From the human T2T-CHM13v2.0 reference genome, Homo sapiens, in the NCBI RefSeq assembly GCF_009914755.1, contig NC_060928.1: DNA of 64,000 nucleotides; one strand, given 5' to 3'. Positions within the stretch are counted from its first letter, which is position 1. The number at the start of each line of letters is the position of its first letter. The position numbers were made by a program, and so were the translations under genes. Below the pieces are notes generated by a model, which worked only from the letters and a program-made list of their open reading frames with translations, was not told the origin of the DNA and ran no database searches. Of the stretch, positions 57,401-64,000 are shown in pieces.

Positions 57401-60400
57401 CATTTCTTGCATAAATTTCCTTTCATAAATTCCTTCATGACTACACAGACAAGTTACAACATGCCTTGACTTTCTCACTTGTCCTAAACATCCCTCTTTT
57501 TAAACAACCTGTTATTTTACTTAGGACAAGATTTTACCATGCAAGATCCTTTCTTATATAAAATCTTTTTTCTGTAATACCTTTTTGCATAGCTAGGGGC
57601 ATAGCTAATTTCACATGTCCCCAGGCCTTACCTATAATTTAACACTCTAAAATAAATTGAACAATTTGTAAGTCAAAGATGTAGTTTATGACCTAAAGCA
57701 TTTAGCAAACCTAATATTTGACCTGCATAATTTAGACCAAATGTTTACGTTTTTGAAGATTTTTATTTTACCAATAATCTTTAAGACTGTCTTTATTTTT
57801 ATAACTTTCTTTATATCACTCTTTTTTCCTGGTTTCTTTTACCTTGTTTTATATATAACCTTTAAATAATCTTTGAATTAGACAAAAGTTAGTTCCCCTT
57901 TAAAAAGGACACAATATGTAGAAAGAATGTTTTCTTACAATATATTTTTATTGGGAAATAAATAATGAAATATCTGTTGTTTAATTTAACTTTAGATTCT
58001 AAATTATGGCAAGTTTGTTTATGAGTATTTATCCTATTACATTTATTTATTTATTTTAATCATTTAACTAGATTATTTATGAAAACTGAAATAGTCATCA
58101 TTTAAAGTTTTGAAGCCACCAATGCAAAACTATAACTGAGACAGTGAAAATGATCTGACCTAACCTATTCCATTTTTGCTTTTAACCTCCACGCTATTGT
58201 TATTCATTAACTTAGTTTATAGTTTAGCTTTGAAACAAAGATGATAACAGTCCTTTCCCAGAAGAAACTTCCTTCATGTCTGTGGACTAGACTGCCTAAG
58301 GCCACATGATTAGAAGTTAGGATATTTTATATAATAATTCAAGATGAAGCTACCTTCATTAAAGCAATGTTAATGTTTTATTTATTAAAAATTACACAAG
58401 CAAAGATTATTCTGTTCGAGGCTGAGTTATAGTTTTGTAGCCTTTGTGCCAAATGTTGACACCTTATAGTATCTGGTAGAGATAAGTATGAAATTGCTTA
58501 ATCAATAAATGCAAACTAAAAATGTATGCTGGCAAGCCTTAAGACATTTCTAATATTACTAATATTAACATCAGTTAATATTAGTTAATATTAGAAGAAA
58601 TGTCTTCTAATATTACTTTACCAATAATTTTTAAAGCTAGCTTATTTATTAAAGATATTAAGTCACATAAATTTGAAAAAGCATTTGACTAGTCTTTCCT
58701 TTTTTCTGTTCAAGTATTTAAGCAATTTTATTCTGCTTTGAGCCAATTAATTAGAACTTTTTTATATTTTTCGGTAGTGAAACATGGTGTACACAAGACA
58801 TAAATACATAGACATACTAGGCATGCCAATAGAAGTACATTTTATAGGTTCATAAGACCTCCTTTTCTTATTTTTTAACTGGATCTTTGAGCTCTGGGAA
58901 GAGCTCACACTGAATCCTGGGTTTTCAAAAAGGGGGAATTACTATGAGGCTAGACCATGTGTTGCTTTTATGGTGCACTTTAAAAAAAAATTTCCAAACA
59001 AAAACATTTCTAAGTGTCTAAATTACACCTTCCTTAAAAACCGCAGAGTAGCTTCTGTTGTAACAGCCATTATTGAAGAAAACGGAATGCAGTCAACTGA
59101 GAAGAAAAAACTTTTGCTTAAAATGACGAGGTGCTAGGAGAGAAATATACTAAAACAAAACCATGATGGCCTTTTAAACACAAACAAGCACACACACACG
59201 TATACGCATACATATTTTGGATGTTAGCTTATTAATTAAGCTGACTTTCGACCATTGAGCTTCTAAAAAATTCTTTCTCCTTCCCAGAGGTCTCTCTGCA
59301 GGAATGGACCCAATGCTTCCCATTTTCAAGTTTACATGGTATCCAAAGGAACAAGAGAGACACACAAACAAGTGGAGACAGATTTCAGACAAACACAAGG
59401 AGGAGCGCACTCAGGCAAACAGACTCAAAACGAACTCAAAACCTGATCTCAACCCAAATGTAAAGCGGGTGTATGAGCGAGCCCTGTTGCTTCCCTTGGC
59501 GGTACCGTATTGCGTCCTTGGTAGTGCCAGACAAATGGCTTAACAAACCCACATAGGAAAACAATAGGCTTCTGGCAAACGATCCAGTTAACTCACCCTT
59601 TGAGCGCATCCGCTCCCGATCTCCATTCTTCCCCAGCAGTGAAAGGGACATGCAGATTTGTCCAGGGAACAGCCCTCTGGAGGTTCCCGTGGGGAAACCT
59701 CACCTGGCAGCTGGGAGATCCTGCTGAAGACTGTCTCCTCACAGGCTGCCAGCGGCTGAAAACAGCACCATCCTTACCTCCTGGCTGGTGTACCAAACTT
59801 TGTTCCAGGACCAAGCGAAAGTCAGGCTGCTATTTCTCGCGGCCTAGTAACGAGATGCAGATGAACCGGGCAGAAAGAGAGTTTTTATTTCTGTCACCCG
59901 TTACAGGGAGAAGGTCTGGAAATTATCGCCAGACCAACTCAAAATTAGAAAGTGTTTCAGGGCTTATATACCTTCTAAGCTATATGTCTATGTGTAAGTG
60001 TGCATTCGTCTAAAGACACAAGTGAGTAACTTCTTTTAATCTATAACTAAGGTCGGAGTCCTGAAGACCTTCTTCTGGAGCCTCAGTAAGTTTACTTGAT
60101 CTAAATGAGTCTAGGTGTTGCGGTGATTACCCTCATCTTGTCTCCTGCTACATCATGGGGGTTTGGGGAATTCCTTCAGACCTCCAATAAACTTGTTTGT
60201 GGAGGCCTGGAGAGTTTCTTCAGACTCCCAAGAAAACTTGTTTAATCCTAAAAGGATCCTGTTAAGAATTCCTTTGTTATTTTTGTCATGCTTTAAGGTC
60301 CAGGAAAGGCCTAAGCAAAACTCTTGATGGGCGTTTGTTACATTTCAGCCTTTGTATAAGGGCACTGGCTTTTTTTTAGTTTTTAATATTTAACTTAACC

Positions 60401-60462
60401 ACTCTGTCAGTGCTGAAACAGTTGTGATGGAGGCCTGCGTTAGTGATACCTGGCCTGCCACA
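54421..60462 (-). mobile_element. Two-LTR non-autonomous ERV1 provirus (MER4 group; exact family unverified)
   Basis: Direct LTRs at 54421-55083 and 59801-60462 with TG...CA termini; 4-bp TSD ctat and ctgt; PBS-like tggtacaccagccagg on the minus strand next to the right LTR; 4.7-kb AT-rich interior without a long ORF. Confidence 0.93.
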
Positions 60463-61924
60463 CTGTTTTTCATAATAGGAAATGCAAAAAGAAAATACTA
60501 ACAATAGAATAGGAATCCTGACTTCCAATTTAATCTATTCAAATTCAAATCACTTGAGTATCCATTGACAGATAGATGTAAGATATACAGTAGTATGGGT
60601 CTATTCAGGCAACAGAAACTCTATATTAATTTGAACAGAAGTGCTAAATAGAAAAAAAAGTTAAGCCATAATAGGAGAGTAACCACCAAGTTGTAAAAAT
60701 AACTCTAAAGAGTACCATGGGTCTGAAGGATAACACCCAAGGAACCACAAACTTGGAAAGAGGGCCTGAGGCAGGGGAAAAGCCTCAATTGGAGAATATG
60801 TGATTGTAGTCCAATGGATAGGGGAGAGATTTGTTGGGTTATCCTGTTAGAGCTGGTCTGTATTCAATAGGCAATGAGAAATAATCCTCCAGGAATCAGG
60901 AACCTGTGGGCTGATATACAGGCACACAGATGGGCTTGGAGTGCTTCTGTAGGCAAGTGGCCTAGAGTCTGTGATATTTGCATTACTAGCCTCTCAGAAA
61001 GAGGGTCACCATATCCAAGCGAGAGCTACACTGTTATTGGTAGACTGTGTGCTTTGGGAATGCAGCTGAGATAGAGCAAGTCCACAAGTCTTGCACACTC
61101 ATTCCACTGACCAGCCACTCAACAGGAGACAGGAAGTGCAAAATTAGCACCCTGGAACCTGGAAGAGAAGCTCTCTTCTTGCAGTGTCTCTCTTGTGCAC
61201 TCTACTGACAAAGCTTTAACATTTTGCTAATATTTAGTGAGAAAGGCTTAAAGGGTCCATTTTATGCCAGGTGCTGAAGGGCGAATTTGTAACACAGAAG
61301 CAATGAATCGAAAATGGGCAAAATATGAGAGGACATGAGCCAAGATTAAAGACATAGATTTGAGTGTTGTCAACTAAATAGTGATTCTCTTTAAGCATAG
61401 TGGTTGCAGATAAAGCCTATGAACAGTGTGTAGAGTAAGAAAAGTGGACTAATGTGTACAGACATTAACGTTTCATGGATGAGAAAAAGGAAAAGAACAA
61501 GTAAAGGATACTGCTCTGTGACAGGACTGTACATGCTCCTAAATGCTAAAGGAGCCAATAAACCAAAGATGGAGACAGACAAATCCAGGTTTGGTTTTTT
61601 TTGTATGAGATAATTTATTTCTGTCTGTAAATTCTGTGGTCTTGAGTGGCTGAAAGGCAGGTAGATCACTGCACCACAACCCCCAGACCCAGGGCTTCTA
61701 CCTTGAGGAAAGGATACTTGCTCTAGACGGAACATGTGTGTAGCTACAGGCATCACAGCCTACAATTTCTGCAATAGCATTGAGGGTTGTTTTGGATGAA
61801 ACTTAGAGTGACTAAGTGTTTCTACAGAAAGAGTAATACATGAAGTAGATGTTTTGGAGGCATTCCTGGACTTAGGGCTAGTCAGAAGTCACATGGAGGA
61901 TTAGCATTTAAAATAAAGCCTCTC

Positions 61925-62275
61925 ATGAGAACACATGGACACAGGGAGGGGAACATAACACATCTGGGCCTGTCAAGGGTGGTGGGCAAGGGAAGGGAGA
62001 GCATTAGGACAAATATCTAATGCATGGAGGGCTTAAAACCTAGATGACGGGCTGATGGGTGCAGCAAACCACCATGGCCTGTGTATAACTATGTAACAAA
62101 CTTGCACGTCCTACACATGCAACCCAGAACTTAAAGTTGAAAGGAAGGAAGGGAAGGGAAGTGAAGGGAAGGGGAGGGGAGGGGTGGGGAGGGGAGGAGA
62201 GGGGAGGAAGAAGGAAGGGAAGGGAGAAGGAAGGAAGGAAGGAATGAAAGAAGAAAGGAAGGAAGGAAAAGAAAC
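61925..62275 (+). mobile_element. Short L1PA 3' end with a purine-repeat tail
   Basis: L1 3'UTR up to cccagaacttaaagt; TSD aaataaagcctctc at 61911-61924 and aaataaagccactc at 62276-62289. Confidence 0.92.
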
Positions 62276-63070
62276 AAATAAAGCCACTCTTTTCCCTACA
62301 AATATTAAGAAGCCAGAGAAAAGTCAAAAAAAACCAACAGGGCAAAATGTTTCCACAATACCTTTCATGAGCTTTCTTTCTGTTTGCCTTTCTTTCCTGC
62401 CCCTCCCCTGACGTATACTATCTGTCCCACATCGTAGCCATATTGGACTTCTCTCAGTTTTCAAATAAGCATTGATGTCTGTCTTTGGTATGTACATTTC
62501 TCTTTTTTTGTTCCATGAATTTTCTTCTTCACACCACACCACAGTTCACACTCTTTTCCACTGCTTGTCTGCTAACTTCTACTTGTGTTTATTGTGTCAG
62601 TTTAAGTGTCATGAGACTTAGAGGAACTTCCATACCTCTACCTGGTCCTGGCTGTATGAGTTACTCTTGAAATGTGCTCCCACAGCCCCCATTGTTTTCT
62701 ACATCATGAATGCATTGCTGTGTTTTGTATATGATTGTTAGACTGTCTTCCTAAACTGGAATCTCTGGGAGAGAGGGCTTATGTTCATAATACTTATGAT
62801 TTTGCCCCTAGGAGAGTGAAACTTTGTGAAAACACAGGTAAATACATGTTGAATTAATAATAAATAAATCATAAATAAAATAATAAATAAAGGAGAACGG
62901 AGTTTCAAAAGTAGCCACTTTAGAAAGCTAAGGCCATGTACATTAAGATGGAAATTATTTTTGCTCATTGAATGTATATGTTAGGGGATAATTGATAAAT
63001 TTGGCAATGTATTCTTCATTTCTTTACTTCATTTATAGGAAAACTCTTAAAAAGCATTATCTCTACAGAC

Positions 63071-63609
63071 TGTATCATGCTAAATAATGCCCATTCCCCA
63101 AAATGTCCACATCCAAATCCTTGTAACATATGTACCTATTATCTTAAATGGCAAAAAGACTTAGAAGATGTGAAAAAGTTAAGACTCTTAGAGGCAGAGA
63201 TTATCCTGGATTACTGGGTAGACCCAAACTAATCACAAGCATCCCTACAGATGTCAGACATTGCTTTTTGTCTGACTCCAATGTTTCCGTCTTGTATCCC
63301 TTAAGGATGTGACAAAAGAGGGAGTGAGAAAGAGAAACCAATTGAGCGAGAGAGAGAGAGATTAAAAATGTAGCCTGCTGGCTTTTAAGATGGAGGAATT
63401 CACAAGCCATGGACTGTCGGAGGAGTCTAGAAGCTGGAAAAGTCAAGGAAATGGATTCTCCCCTAGAATATCTAGACGGAATATAGCACTACTGAACCAT
63501 TTTGGGACTTCTGATCTCATATAACTGTAAAAGAATACATTTGTGTCACTTTAGGCCAAATTAGCAAATTTGTGATAATTTGTTATAGCAGAAATGCACA
63601 ACTAATACA
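63071..63609 (+). mobile_element. MLT1-type MaLR LTR
   Basis: taaataatgccc...agaagctggaaaagtcaaggaaatggattctcccctaga...ttgttatagcag...actaataca. Confidence 0.85.
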
Positions 63610-64000
63610 CAAACCTCTGTAATTCTCTACTCCTGATTTCTCTTAAAGTCATTGTGATCAAGCTTTTGCCTTAATGATTCTATCACAAATATTTTGTCAA
63701 AGACACCACTTACTTTTGCTTTGTTAAATCTAATGGTCATGTTAGTCCTTATTGTACTTTACCTATCAGTAGCAGAAACCATATTTAGTTACTATCATTA
63801 CTAATGCAGAAATAGTAAAAGTGCTTCATTTAGAATCAAGAACAATATAAGAATTGTTTTAGTGAACATTGCACTAAAATTTTAAGTTGTCAGGATAGAC
63901 TATTAAAATAATAGCAATAAATAAAATTTTGAATAAAAGACACAAATTTGTATCTACATGGAATACACACAATGATAGCCAAAAGACTATGAATAAATTT

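Noticed and set aside
58111-58330. LTR8-like segment as a separate nested insertion
   Set aside because: No TSD or 3' terminus seen; probably part of the MER4-group internal sequence.

Overview
This is AT-rich, CpG-poor primate (very likely human) genomic DNA with no supportable protein-coding exon. The supplied ORFs are short and mostly fall in Alu, L1 or LTR repeats. The main non-repeat signal is a locally CpG-enriched block at about 18988-19460. It ends in a minus-strand GTATGT splice donor and looks like a promoter plus non-coding first exon; an unverified guess is the distal 5'UTR exon of SCN1A. Repeats include about 15 Alus (most with visible TSDs), several L1 fragments and MaLR LTRs, a solo LTR13, a MER50-like solo LTR, a deleted HERV-F-type provirus (Phe PBS, gag and RNase H relics) and a two-LTR non-coding MER4-group provirus. 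The least expected pattern is a set of local templated rearrangements. Three fold-back palindromes (18299-18441, 52340-52974, 58541-58617) each contain a perfect 12-13 bp hairpin with a 4-5 nt loop, and there are two short direct duplications of unique DNA 1.3-2 kb apart. I found no convincing new coding system. Repeat subfamily names are from memory of consensus sequences, not from a search.
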